DNA of 64,000 nucleotides from Hemiscyllium ocellatum (lineage: Eukaryota), in assembly GCF_020745735.1 (NCBI RefSeq), contig NC_083425.1:19021575-19085574 (forward strand). Reading direction: 5' to 3'. This document shows, one piece after another, positions 37,481 through 51,192 of the stretch (the first letter of the stretch is position 1; each line of letters starts with the position of its first letter). The translations under genes and the position numbers were made by a program. The notes below the pieces were generated by a model. It had not been told where the DNA came from. It saw nothing but the letters and a program-made list of their open reading frames with translations, and did not search any database.

Positions 37481-37934
37481 ACATCGACATTTATAATGGT
37501 ATGTTTATAGATAGAAAATTGCTTTCAGTTCAGTTTGTATTGAAACTAAAAGTTGAACAAAAGCAACTTGATTTATTACAGGCTGAGAGTAATCTTGCAT
37601 TCCTGCAAAACACAAGGGATACAGGATGCACATAAATGTGTCAGTATGTCAGCCTTTCCTTCGCCTAACACAAAGGATCTAGTGTTGCTTGGGGTAGCCT
37701 ATTCACAGATGTTCAATTTATATTGAAAACAAAGCCAATCCAGTCAATAATTGAATACTCTATGCTGCATCTCCAAGATTGTCCACTCTTGAAACCCAAG
37801 AGGTTTTGGAGCCTCATTTGGCAACAATGTTTTAAGCTGCTCTGAAACATCTTTCTTTCCTCCCCAGATGAGGAGATTCTCATGATCAGTCATACACTCA
37901 AGAAATAGATTAACTTCAGTCACTTTGAAGGACT

Positions 37935-38362
37935 GAATCACAGAGTCATAAAGATGTACATCACAGAAACAGGCCATCCGGTTCAACTCATTGATGCCAA
38001 CCAGATATCTTAATCTAGTACCATTTATCAGCATTTGGCCCTTTTCCCACTAAACTCTTCCTATTCATATACTCATCCAAATGCTTTTTAAATGTTGCAA
38101 TTGTACCATCTTCCAGCACTTCTCCGGCAGCTCATTCCATACATGCACTATTCTCTGTGTGAGAAAGTTTCCCCTTAGGTCCCTTTTAAACCTTTTCCTC
38201 TCACTTAACCTATCTGCCCTCAAGCTTTGGATTCCCGACCATGGGGAAAAGGCCTGTCTGTTTACCTTATCCATGCCTCTCGTGATTTTGTAAATCTCTA
38301 GAAGGTCACCCTCAGCCTCCAATATGCCAGGGAAAATAACCCCAGTCTATTCAACCTCTCCA
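37935..38362 (-). mobile_element. CR1/HER1 3' fragment
   Basis: GDLLEIYKITRGMDKVN..DLRGNFLTQRIVHVWNELP. Confidence 0.88.
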
Positions 38363-38787
38363 ACTTGAATATTGATGAGAAGAACATATAAGCAAATATA
38401 TAAATACCTATAAACATACATGCAGGAACAAGAGTAGGCTACTTACCCTTCAAGCTTGCTCCACCACCAATAAGATCATAGTTGACCTGACTTCAACCTC
38501 ACCTCTACATTCCTCCATACCTCTGATGATAAAAAAATCCATTTTCTTTTGTGAAAGGAAATTCCAAACTCTTACTGCTTTCAATTTCCCTTGCAATAAA
38601 ACATGCTAATATTTCATAATTACTTGCTATACCTGCATATTAAGCTTTTGTGATTCCGGCACCAAGACACCCAGATCTTTGCATCGCAGAGTTCTGCAAC
38701 CTTTTGCCATTGATATTCATTTTTCTTTCTGCCAAAATGAACTGTTTCAGTTTCCTACCTTAAATTTGATTTGTAAGATCTTTGCTG

Positions 38788-39253
38788 AAAATGTGTTGCT
38801 GGAAAAGCGCAGCAGGTCAGGCAGCATCCAAGGAGCAGGAGAGTCGACGTTTCGGGCAAGAGCCCTTCTTCAGGATTGAGGAAAGTGTGTCCAGCAGGCT
38901 AAGATAAAAAGTAGGGAGGAGGGACTTGGGGAAGGGGCGTTGGAAATGCAATAGGTGGAAGGAGGTCAAGGTGAGGGTGATAGGCCGGAGTGGGGTGGGG
39001 GTGGAGAGGTCAGGAAGAAGATTGCAGGTTAGGAAGGCGGTGCTGAGTTCGAGGGATTAGACTGAGACAAGGTGGGGGGAGGGGAAATGAGGAAACTGGA
39101 GAAATCTGAGTTCATCCCTTGTGGTTGGAGGGTTCCTAGGCGGAAGATGAGGCGCTCTTCCTCCAGCCATTGTGTTGCTATGGTCTGGCGATGGAGGAGT
39201 TCAAGGACCTGCATGTCCTTGGTAAAGTGGGAGGGGGAGTTGAAGTGTTGAGC
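38788..39253 (-). mobile_element. PLE 3' fragment with intact hammerhead core (38842-38877)
   Basis: LEEERLIFRLGTLQPQGMN; minus strand AATC-CTGAAGA-A-GGGC TCTT GCCC-GAAAC-GTC-GACT. Confidence 0.88.
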
Positions 39254-39254
39254 A

Positions 39255-39431
39255 TTGGTCATTGTTGATTATTGAAAAAAAAATGTAGTCAATGGACTCT
39301 AAATTCAATATTTTTATTGAATTCAAATTTCACCATCTGCCAAGACAGAGTTCAAACCTGGATCCCCAGAATATGACCTGGGTCATCGGATCTCCAGTCC
39401 AGTGGTAATGCCACTAGGCTGAAGCCTCCCC
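39255..39431 (-). mobile_element. tRNA-like 5' head of the SINE/LINE family seen at ~19 kb and 55.4 kb
   Basis: Minus strand GGGAGGC..CCTAGTGG..GGTTTGAACTC..GGCAGATGGTGAAATTTGAATTCAAT. Confidence 0.6.
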
Positions 39432-39494
39432 ACATCTATCCCTTTGTTGGCTCCTTACGTTCTCTTCACAGCTCACCTTCCTGCAAAAATAGTA

Positions 39495-39696
39495 AAATAA
39501 AGAACTGTAGATCTGAAACAAACAAAAACAAATTGCTGGAGAAACTCAACAGATCTAGCGGCAGCTGTGGAACAGTCTCATGACTCGAAATGTTTTCTTT
39601 GCATCTGCATGGAAAAAAATTCTGAGTCATGTGACTCTGCCACAGATGTTGTCAGACCTACTGAGTTTCTCCAGTAATTTGTTTTTGTTTGTTTCA
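39495..39696. mobile_element. Fold-back PLE-terminal element
   Basis: TGAAACAAACAAAAACAAATTGCTGGAGAAACTCA versus TGAGTTTCTCCAGTAATTTGTTTTTGTTTGTTTCA. Confidence 0.75.
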
Positions 39697-40199
39697 CTTT
39701 TCTATGCACATTTATGTCATCAGCAAATTTAGCTTCCATACCTTTGGTCCCTTCATCCAAATTATTCTAAACAGTTAAGGCCCCAGCACCAATCCATGTG
39801 GCACACCACATGAGATTTTCTGTCAGCCTGAATAAGATGCACTTGTTCCAATTCTCTGCTTCCTGTTGACTAGCCAATCTTTTATCTTTGTCGATATGTT
39901 ACCCCCAACAACATGAGCATTTGTTATCTGTAATGTTTAAGGCAGCACCTTATCAATGTCTTCAGTTGCTGATGCTTTTCATCATGCACTCATGAGGACA
40001 AATGCAAGAATGGCAAATTTAAAAACAACTATAACAATTTATACGACAGGAGAAAGGAGGTAATCATGAAGGAAGAACAGGGAATTATCAACTGCACCTG
40101 CTTCCGGGTCTCTCGAAGAAGGTGCAAAGCATAATCTTAATTCTTTTCATTTACAATGAACAGGTCTAATTGTATGTCACTGCACGCATGTGTAAATGA

Positions 40200-41155
40200 G
40201 TCATGTTATAAGCTCGATTGAAGCAGTCCAGAGAAGGTTCACCAGGTTGATTCTGGGTGTGGAGAAATGTTCTAATCAGGAGAGGTTGAATAGGTTGTGC
40301 TTGTACTTTCTGGGATTTAAAAGAATGGGAGCAGAACCTAATGAATCATGTAAGATAGTCAAGAGGATTCTGAGGATAGATGTTGAGGTTGATTCTATTT
40401 GTGGGAGAGTCGAGGAACAATTGGTCTAAATCCAGAGCATGGGGTTATTGCCCATTTAAGATTGAAATGAGAGGGTTTTGTTCTTACAGACAGATTTGAG
40501 CTATAGGGAGAGGTTGAATAGGCTAGGGCTGTTTCCCCTGGAGCATCGAAGGCTGAGGGGTCACCTTATAGAAGTTTATAATATCATGAAGGGTGTGGAT
40601 AGGTTAAATGAACAAGGTCTTTTCTTTGGGGTGGGGTAGAGGGCATAGGTTTAGCATGAGAGGGGAAAGATATAAAAGAGACCTAAGAGGCAACTTTTTC
40701 ATGGAGAGGTTGGAATGTGTGTGTGGAATGGGCTGCCAGAGGAAGTGGTGGAGACTGGTACAATTGCAACATTTAAAAAGCATCTGGATGGGTATGTGAA
40801 TAGGAAGGGTTTGGAGAGAGATGAGCCGGGTGCTGGCAGGTGGGGCTAGATTGGGGTGGGATATCTGGTCAGCATGGACGAGTTGGACTGAAAGGTCTGT
40901 TTCTGTCCTGTACATCTCTATGATTCTCTACAATCCGTGGAATTCTTTACCCCAGAAGACTGTAGAGGCTGGTTTAATAAGTAAACTCAAGGCTGAGCGA
41001 GATAGAATTTTTAATCAGTAAGGAAATCAGGGGTAATGGGGGAACAGGCAAGAAACTGGCATGGAGAATTATCAGATCAGCCATGGCCTCAAAGAATGGT
41101 AGAGCAGACATGATGGGCTGAATGGTCTACTTCTCTTTCTAGTTATATGGTCTTA
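40200..41155 (+). mobile_element. Older CR1 3' fragment with a HER1 copy (~40495-40928) nested inside
   Basis: IEAVQRRFTRLI; two successive, different CR1 tails. Confidence 0.8.
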
Positions 41156-43309
41156 TTATTAGAGGTTGGTTGTCAATGGACTCAGGAATGTTCAGCAAGT
41201 GCTGCCCAATGGCAGAATAACATCTACCAGGACATGTTTTGGGTTCATAAGTGTGAGCTGATTGAGTTAAGTCTGTACTGTGCCCATTATGAAGTGCCAA
41301 TTAATCATGTTGTTGAATTGGACCAGCCTATCTTTGGGAGTCATAGCTTATGTTCACCACATTGGTACTAAAGAAATGCTCAAATGTCTGGTATACATTG
41401 TCTTTTTGGACTGATACCAATGTCCTTTCCATCAGAAATACCATTTCCATCACAAATGCATAGAGTAGCATTAAATAGTTTGCTTATCCAGTTCACTTTT
41501 TTGAGGTATCTTGCAAGGTCAATAAATAGCTAGAAAAATCTTAATCCATAAGCTAACTGCTAAAGGTTGGCCTCCAGATTGCATGGAGTGTATATATATA
41601 TTATAGTTCCCCATTGCTTTCTTCCTGCTTTGGCCAATCTGAGTTGACTTGTCAACCCATCGTAGCTATTTTTGTTTGTTGCATAAATTATGAAGTTTTC
41701 CAACTTGGCATTCTTATGAATTGTCCTGATGCACGCAAGATGTAAGCTTTGTCAATGTGTCTCTTTTCAGAATGAATTTAATTCATATGCATTTTTAATG
41801 AAATTCTCAGTCTTTTCAATATTTGAGTGGATGGAGATGGAGATGCTTTCTCATATAAGTGGACAATTCCATTCAGGTCTTGGTTTGGTTTTTCAACACT
41901 TACCTTGAAGATTCACAAACGGTAGCACCTTAGTGTCAATATGGTTTCTTTTGAAGCATACATAGGAGTCGGTACTGCAGTAGGTTACTGATGGTGGAGT
42001 TGTTTATGCAGTTTTTACTTCAAATAACATACAGCAACACTTCATGGATTTCAATAAAGTGATTTATTCCCACAATACATCTCCAAGAATTGTTGCATTA
42101 AAATTAGTTCTAGGCCTCTTAAATCATTAAGGCATTGACTGTACAGAAATATTATTATATTTCCACAAAGGTGGTCAACTGCAAAAGATACAAGGTAAGG
42201 CATAAACTGCTGGAATTTGGATGTTAAATTTATCATAGCTCATAAAAATCTGTCAACAAATATTTCAGCAAAATGGAGAATGTGATTATTACCAGTATCT
42301 TAATTAGCATATTGGCAAATAAAACATTAGTTTGGAATGTAGATTTAGGGAGTGACCTGCAGCAGAAGAACAAGTGCTCACATTTAGGTTTTGACATTTT
42401 AATCCCCCTTTGAGAATAGGAGGAAGCTAATGGCTGCTGGAAAGCAGAACTATGCAGGGAAGTAGAAATGTGATTTCATCTCACCCAAAAACCAAGCTCA
42501 ATCTTCGCCCCCACGTCCCAAGTTTAAATAAGTTTCAATAATGCAGACTCATGTCTCCTGTCACAGAATGATTTCAGAAAAAGTATGAGTATTCTTTCAC
42601 TTAATTAGGGTTCCTTCATCCATCCCTCTTTATGCCTAACATGGCGATTTTAAATAATATAGCGTTGTGCAGTCAAATGAGTAACAGAGATTGCCATGGA
42701 ACTAAAATGTTTGTTCTCACCAATACTTTTTTAAGTAGTGACCAAAATCTCAATGTTTTAAGACAAATGAGAATTATCTGAATTTTTTAATGTGAGAGAT
42801 TGCAAGATACGTGAGAAAGCTAATGAAACTTTGGTTTTTGTATAGCTTTCCTTATGTTTACTGGAATGATTCAGAAAATGTCATCTATCATTGTGAAAGG
42901 GCGTAGGTAATTTGAGTCTCAATTGACACAAAGGTGCCACAGTTGGTGAGAAGATTCAAATTAACTCAATCCTTTTTCGTAAATGTCATAGTGCAGTACC
43001 AGGTTCACAAAAACCCATGATAGAATTTAAGGCTAACCAACATATTCATTCACTGCTGGAATCTGAGGGAGTCTTCAACCTTTTAATGGGGCCTTATAAC
43101 TGCTCACAACATAACCCTGTCAGTCAACACAGAGATACACAGGCTAATTCTAACAGACAAGTAGCAGGAACCTTATCAGAGGTACACAGCTCATCACATT
43201 CCAGGCAAGTTATGATGCACAATCTGACCTGGGTGGGTGGCAAAAAAAATCTTTATGCGTGGATTACTTAGTAGTTCTTAAGAATGCTGATGAGTTTCTT
43301 TATACAAAC

Positions 43310-43655
43310 GTATGAACAAGGAGCAGTATGCCTTTCAGCCCCTTGAGCCTTCTCTGCTATTTAATAAGATCCTGGCTGATCAGATTGTAATCTCAAATTC
43401 ACATTTCTGCCCACCCCAATAACTTTTTAACTATTGGTTACTATTCAACTCTGACTAAAATATTCGAGACTCTTCGTCCACTGACATTTTAGGATAAGAG
43501 ACTCATAACCCTCCGAGAGCAAAAGATCCTTCACATCTTAAATGGGGGATCCCTTATGTTAAAAAGAGACTCTCTAGCTCTAGATTCTTCCATATTAGAA
43601 AGTGTCCCTTCCACACCCAACCCTGTCAAGAGGTCCCAAGATCTTCAATGTTTAT
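43310..43655 (-). mobile_element. Old CR1 3' fragment
   Basis: Degenerate GGAGCAG..GCCTTTCAGCCCCTTGAGCC..TGGCTGATC tail. Confidence 0.6.
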
Positions 43656-46559
43656 ATCACAGTCAGGTGCTTGGCTGAGAAAAAAAAAGTATTTATATTG
43701 TTGATTTTGTGGACTTGATGTTCATACAAAAATGTGTGTTTAAAAGAAAAGAAATTCACAGCCAATGGAGGACTGGGCTGAATTATTTAATCAACAGGGA
43801 TCTCCAGCCAAAATATTCTGCGCGTGAGAATAATTTAGGTGCAGACTGAATGAATGGATTTTTTTAAAAAATGTGCATTCCTGGCACAAAGATTCACCCA
43901 TTGAGAGCTTGTCTGGGAAAACTACAGGTATGTTCCCTATAATTTTCCATTCAAATAGAGAGAAAATTGTGTGGGTTTGGGAGTGTGATGTGCCAAGATG
44001 CTCCCCCAGTGAGGTTCTCTACCAGATATACATATTAGTGCTCTTCCCAAATTGCTATTGAATGGAAGGGAGATCTCCAGCATGGGCTGAAATATTTTAC
44101 CTTGTACTTTTTGCACTCACCATCCCTTGAGTTAACATTGACCATTTTGATCTCACAAACCAAACAATAGTAAAAACAATCAGTATACAGTACGGATTTT
44201 GCTCAGTGAGAACTTTTTTCCCTCTCTTTCTGTTTTAGTTTACATAAACCCTCACCTATGGTGTGACGGTTATTGTTTAGTGCATGTCTTTTGGTCTGGC
44301 ACCTGGCCAGGGCAGCTATCTGTTTACCTTCATATTCGCCTGGAGGGTTAAACCTTCAAGCATGGGTTCTTCTGCTGAATTACACATATAATTACTTACA
44401 TTTGCCTGTAATAAAAAGCATTAACTTGCACCCAGGTTACATTATTTCATCACACGCGCACGTGCAAACAACAAAGAAGAGCATTAGAAGGTGACACTGG
44501 AAGCCAAAGTTTTTAGGCCAGGAACAATTAAGACAAAAACTTTTCACATATGAGGAATGAGGAATATTCAGTGGAAAACAGAGATTAATTTCACAGCAGA
44601 ATGTAAATGGTAAAGTGGTGCACTCATCAATCCAGCTACTGATCTGTGGCCATCAACAAATTAAACTCCATTGCCTTGACCATAATACATAAAGGAGAAC
44701 TATCTCATTTTGATTAACTGGGATTCCAACCAAATGTTTGGAAGGGGATGGGATGCAGGAATTGCATTGTGTGTATTTTCATCAACTTCCAGTAGTTTCA
44801 ACATTTTATCACAACCAGTAAATAAGGTTCAGGTCATTACAAGTAAAAATACAATGTAAATACAACTTAACAACATAATTAGCAAGCTGCATTTCAATTA
44901 AAGTATTTGTCCCTGCTCTAAATTCACCAAGGTTAAATTCACAATTATGAATTTAATGGGTCAATATTAGTCAACTTATTCCACCTCAAAATCATTTATC
45001 CAACATAAGGCTATTTACCTTAACTTTAAAATGAAGATGATTAGGCCAATCTTCAAGTGAGAATTTTAGTGGGGTATTATTGGGATTAACTTGATTTTAA
45101 TTTCTTGAATTGAAATGACAAATATGACTACAATTAGAATATGAAAGTCGAGTAATTTGTATGCACAAATATTAAGCATTAGCTCCATTTGGGATAAGCA
45201 TCAGTGCTATGAGGGCGAGGGCATATTCGCGCATTCATTTCCTCTTCAAATGTTCTTGTTGTTTTGACTGTTCATGTGAAGATTCAAGTTGGACTTGAAC
45301 TTCAATGACACCTGTGTTTTGCTCAACTGGTGAAAAGTGTATTGCACCCTCACTACCAGTTAAAGGATGTGTCAATGTACATGTACATTGCAGTCCTCTT
45401 CTAACAGTGCAGGAGAGAACCCATGAAGGAAACCATCTCGCCAACTTTCCATTAATCTCACTTGGCCTCCACTTGGTAGCCTGTCCAACAAGGTGAGGTC
45501 AAATCTAATTTTGAAAGAAATGGTGAAAAGAGGTCTGTGTTCATTCCACTGGCTTGTGGAATAATGTGTTGGAACATCACCAGACAAACTCTTGGGAAAC
45601 CACCCAAAACAAGCTTACACTAAATGATATTAAAGTGGTTTTCCTTCAGGATGGTGAGGGATTAAAAATAACTCGGAAAGTTTTAATTTATCTTTGTAGT
45701 TTTGCACACTACTATTTCTCCACAACCCCCCTTGACAATTTTGCAGGGGAGACAGAAAGGAGGGGAGGGAAAGGGCTGGAAAAATGTCATTTTTCCACCC
45801 AGGCTGTCCAAATAAATGGGATTGTTAGAAATTAACTTGATATTGAATCGTGACGACTGGGGATGGCTGCACAGTTTAATGCTCCAAACAATGATCACAT
45901 TTGCATGTTAAATTCATTGAATCCAATGTCTGTTTGGAATACAGTACGTAACTCAAGTTCTCAACTATGTGGATTAGTCAATGACTAGAGTGCACTCTCT
46001 CATGTCCACTTCAAGACCTTTTTACTTTTATTTACCTAGTCAGCAAATAAGGACCAGAAGTTTAAAAAAAAGTACTTAAAAACAGGAGCTAATAAAAGTA
46101 TACTATGCACACGGAAGCACTGGAATAATCAGAACCAGACGGTAGACTTCAAGCGACAAGACAAAAACAAGGAAGTAGTTTTAAACTTGTATTCGTGGAC
46201 GGACATGCCAAAAATTAGCCAAGATTTAAGTGCTTTCTGATCCTCGTACACCCCTACTGAAAAGCAATGCCATGCCATCTCATTCAGCATGAATTAGACG
46301 GAGTTTAAGGAAAAGTGTTGTAAACAGTGCAGTAGAATCAAGGAATTGAGATGTAATTGTGATGGAAATAGTCTCAGATCATGCCAGATTCTTCCAAATA
46401 TCATTCCCAGTCTCCAAGCTGCAGCAGAACAGCATCGTTTTATTAATTTGGCCCCTCTATGTTCCTATATATTAATGAATAGAATAAAATCCAAAGGACT
46501 CATGAATACCTGTTGACTTATATTTGAAGTTTATATGAGTCGGGGCATTTTGATTCATG

Positions 46560-46775
46560 GAGAAAGTGAGGACTGCAGATGCTGGAGATCAGAGATGAAA
46601 AATGTGGTGCTGGAAAAGTACAGCTGGTCAGGCAGCATCCGAGGAGCAGGAGAGTTGAGGTTTTGAGCACAGGCATAATTCCTGATGAAGAGTTTATGCT
46701 TGAAATGTCGATTCTCCTGCTCCTCGGATGCTGCCTGACCGACTGTGCTTTTCCAGCACCACGTATTTTGATTTC
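46560..46775. mobile_element. Fold-back PLE-terminal element
   Basis: Same GAAAGTGAGGACTGCAGATGCTGGAGATCAG start as 16063; arms inverted around ~46675. Confidence 0.85.
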
Positions 46776-49700
46776 TCTAAACTTTACTGCACTTAGCATT
46801 GTTTCTGAGATCATTAATGAGTTCAAACTCTAATGAATATTATCCCTTTAAGTCATCGAATAAAATTTGAGTTCATCCACACAATGCTACGAGGGTCTCC
46901 AGCAAGTCAGCATCAAAACCTTGAAAATATTCTGCAATCCAACAGTTATTCATGAAAGAATTAATGAATAACATAGTTCTCTGCTTAAAAACGTGAGCTA
47001 AATCAAAGTAGGACACAGTACAAATCCAGCACAGGACAGAAATAGAATCCAGGTTTTAGAATATTGATCTAAAATATTGAAAACCCTTTGTTTCCTATTA
47101 CCTGCCTTCAGAAGTTTTTTTTTTGCTCATCTTGTTTGCTTCATTCATATCACATTGATGATTTTTACCTTACACCATCAATGTTATTTTGGAAGAATAC
47201 ACCACAAGTGATATTGTGTGGTGATATGCACCTATAAAGCAGAGCAAAACACGATGATATGGGTTGCACCTGAATAGTAAAAGCTTTTTGGCTTCAATAT
47301 AAACTGATTACAGAATTACAGCTGTCCGTCAATTTAAAAGACAATGTCGAAGGGTTTCAGAATCTACTGAGTAGCTAAATAGGTTCTCAACAACAAGTTA
47401 TTTCAGAGTCAGAGGCAATCAACAACAAAGGATCTGTACCTTCCTTGCACAATAAAGTGCACCAAAAAGTTCTGGCAATACAAGATTGGACACCCTCCCC
47501 ACCCCGTCCCACACCCATCTGCAATCAACATTTCTACTAGCTTGTATCTTGAGGCAAGTTATCTGCATTGAAGCTGAGAAGACTACCCTCCCCTACCCTA
47601 CCCCCAACACCTGATCTATTTCTCTGCTCAATTCATCATAGAATTGTACTGAATGTACCCCAAAAACAACTGTCGCAATCGACAACAGATTCAGAATAAC
47701 CTTATGGTTTTATGTTGGTGAAAAACATGGAACCAGTTCCAACAAATGTGTATCTAAGGTATTTCAAAGTTAAATACTGTACCAATTTGAACTCTGGTAT
47801 TCTTTGCTTAGAAAACAAAACAAGCCCACCAATAAGACATTTTTTGAGTGAAGTTTTATGGTATGAAACAATCCTGCAAGAAGAATATGGACAAAAAGTT
47901 AGTCACTGAGGGAACTAAAACTTCCAAAAGATCTTTCTAAACCACCAGGAGGGTTTGTCAGGGTTAAAGAGTTCAACCATTATTCTTTAGCCAAAGTCTC
48001 TAATAAGTTTTGCTTTACTTTTCGGTTTTGTTATAGTGCCAGCAATATTGTGCCAGAACAATATCTTTCAATAACCTTTTTATAATGCACCTCATTACAG
48101 TAGTTATATATTTACTTCAAAACAAACATGACATTGTGTGGCTAAGTGCTGTTTAAAATGAGCAACTGGCCAAGAGGACACTGATGTCAAGTTCTGTAAA
48201 TGGGTGTGTATGCCATGAATACAGTTAACCTTGCAATACAACCGGTCGATTGTGTTCAATGGCAAATGTTCAGTACAGCTCCAGGTTCTGATGTGGTATT
48301 TGAAGTTTACATTCCTTTGTTTGGGCATGGGAAAGATGCAGCTACAAATTTTATTGCCCTCTTATAAATTCCTGGACATCAGATATCTTTTGATTGCTTT
48401 ATTAGCTGCTCATGAGATATTCTCTGTTCCTGTTTGTTTGCTGCCTGACATGTTTGAAACAATAAAAAGAAACTCATTCTTTATGGTCACACTGATCCCA
48501 CATCAATCTTCCAGGCACCAGTCTGGTAACTGGTTGCAAAGGTCATTTATAGGCAGCTGTTGCACCAATTTACCTTTGGAGCCACTTAATGGCTATTTAT
48601 ACTAGTTGATGGTAATCCTATACTATCCAAAGATGTGCCATCTCATTGAATATATTCTGGTTCTAAGTTAGCACTCACTTGGCATCTAATTGGCTTGAGA
48701 TCACTTCAGGCTGCCTCTTGTACTGTGAGCGCTTTGAACTAGTCATGATTCGGGCCTGACGTGTCAACTAGAAATCTTGCATTCTTGGTTATTACAATCC
48801 TACTTAGATTTTGCCACCGAGGTAAAATGCTCTGGAATTGTTTGTAATTCACTTCAATAAGAACAAAGCTGGATATTGATATGGGAGAGGTGCAACAACT
48901 AAGATGTGGCACACCTAAATATTTTTTATTTGTAGCTTCTTTTGCATTATAAAGTGACATAGGCCACTTAATGTCTAATGATGTGTGTTGGTAGCAATAT
49001 CTGGCTAGCACCATCAGAGGTGTTCAAATCTTTTCAGACATTACACGCTGACTGATACTGACCAGCTAGATGATGTAGATTGTTGGAAGACTGATGTGAA
49101 CAAGACAGATGGACATGTTCAAAGAGTGCAGATAACATGTTTCAGATAAAGCATTTTGCAAAAAAAAAACAAAGGTATCATATGTTTCACATTCCACAGT
49201 GAAAGTAATATTCTTCAAAAGGTCATCATGTCTGCTTTCTTCTTAATACAGTGTCCATTTGACGTTCTGAAGTACCACATGATAAGCATCTTTCAACGGG
49301 TAATCATTAATGAATGACAATAATTCATTGTGGAATTACTAGACTATAAAGTGGGCAATGGTGGATCCTCAAGTTTACCTGACTCCTTGGTTCATACTGA
49401 CGAACGCTTAGTCGTGATACTTTCACTGATGTAATAAGAACTGAATCACCAAAAGCTGGAGACCGAAACAAACCGCACACTAAGCAAATTATCGGAATTC
49501 AAAAGTTGGGGTAAACCCACAAATGAGAACAAGTGTCAAACAATCAACGATGCTGGACAATCAAGTGTTAACAATAACCCCAGACTGGAAGCTGCTGACA
49601 TATTTTGCTGAGTCAATATTATTTCTCAGTGAGAGCAAGTTAATTGCAGCAACCTTGAAATTAAAATTTTGTATGATGATCTGTCAAATGAATTTAAAAT

Positions 49701-50109
49701 AAAAATACATTTTTTTTCTAAACGGGGAAAATGATTGTTTCCAAACTAATTGCTTCAGTAAAATAAATCTTGAGGTTAGCTCAGACCAACATCGAGCGAC
49801 ATCATCAAGACAAATCCTGCGATGGAAGTCCAGGATGCCAATTTGCCATTTCCACTGAAAATGAAAGCAATGCTGTCAGTCTTTCTTACAATGCTTCAAT
49901 TGTCATTATGCACATAGATCTTTGGAATGACTCATTGAATTCAGAATAATATACAATACTTGCCTTCACCTGTTCAGTGACAGACACATATGCATAACCT
50001 ATAAAATATGGATTGGCATTTACATGTGCTTTCTTTATTCTTTCACAGGATGTGCACAACCATGGTATGACCAATATTTGTTGTCTATTTCTAACTGCCC
50101 TCGAACGGA

Positions 50110-50885
50110 ATGGCTTGCTTCCTTTTTCAGAGTAGCCAAGTTCAGTACCAATGGGGATGGCCTCAGTCAGGACCTTGGGTTCATGTCACACTACAGGTGA
50201 TCCCACTGCAATATACACTCTCTCACACACGTGCGCACAAGTGCACGCATGCACGCACACACACACCTACAGACCCACATACTCATGCAGACCCTCTCTC
50301 ATATACACTCTCTTGTACGCTCACACATACATCCCCCACACTCACACCTGCACCCTCTCTCAGACTTATATACCATTACACTCACATACATACACATGTA
50401 CTCTTACACCCCCCTACACACACCCAACATGCATACACTCACTTGGTCTCCCCTACATGTACTCACATATACATTTTGAGGTAAATTTGTACTTGTAGGA
50501 TTACATTTTATTTTGCTCAAAAACATGTAAATCCTTGTAAGGTTCTGTAAATCCCATTTTAGAAATAGAATCAGTCTGACCTAGCATTGGGACACAAACA
50601 GACTTTAACCTGAGCTGAGATGGTACCTATTGTTAAAGCTATCTTGAGAATGTAACTTTTAAAAAGTTCTGGGATTTACATACGAGGGAACAGAAACTAA
50701 CATAGTCTTTCACCTTTTAGAATGACCAAGCTAAATTTGTTTCATATTACATTCCATGACACTGCAATCCTGTTGCTATAAATTCTGTCTTATGATTTTG
50801 CTCTACAACCGCCTGAAGAAGCAGCGCTTCGAAAGCTACTGCTTCCAAATAAACCTATTGGAGTATAACCTGGTGTTGTGTGATG
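50110..50885 (+). mobile_element. PLE-associated 3' region with CA-rich low-complexity tract
   Basis: Homologous to 22060-22670; ends CTGAAGAAGCAGCGCTTCGAAAGCT...TATAACCTGGTGTTGTG. Confidence 0.6.
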
Positions 50886-51132
50886 TTCAACATTTTCAGA
50901 GAACAGTTCAGAGTTATCCACACTGCTGTGGATCTGGAGTTACATATAATTCAGATGGGGTTATACAACAATTGATATACAAATCATCATGGTCACCATT
51001 ACAGAGACCAGTTGTTTGGTCCAGATTTATTATTGATTTTATAATTACCACTAGCCTTGATGGGATTTTGATCTAGGTCATGGGAGTATCAGTATTGGCT
51101 TCGAGATGACTAGTTTTGAGACATTATTATGA

Positions 51133-51192
51133 CAGTGTGGACTTGTTGGGCCGAAGGGCCTGTTTCCACACTGTAAGTCTAATCTAATCTAA
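51133..51192 (+). mobile_element. 5'-truncated HE1 tail
   Basis: GTGTGGACTTGTTGGGCCGAAGGGCCTGTTTCCACACTGTAAGTCTAATCTAATCT. Confidence 0.85.

Noticed and set aside
45235-45444. 69-aa minus-strand ORF ending in a polar, helix-like tail
   Set aside because: Weak acceptor and no recognised homology.
50110-50498. Three overlapping His/Thr-rich ORFs
   Set aside because: Translation of a CA-rich low-complexity tract.
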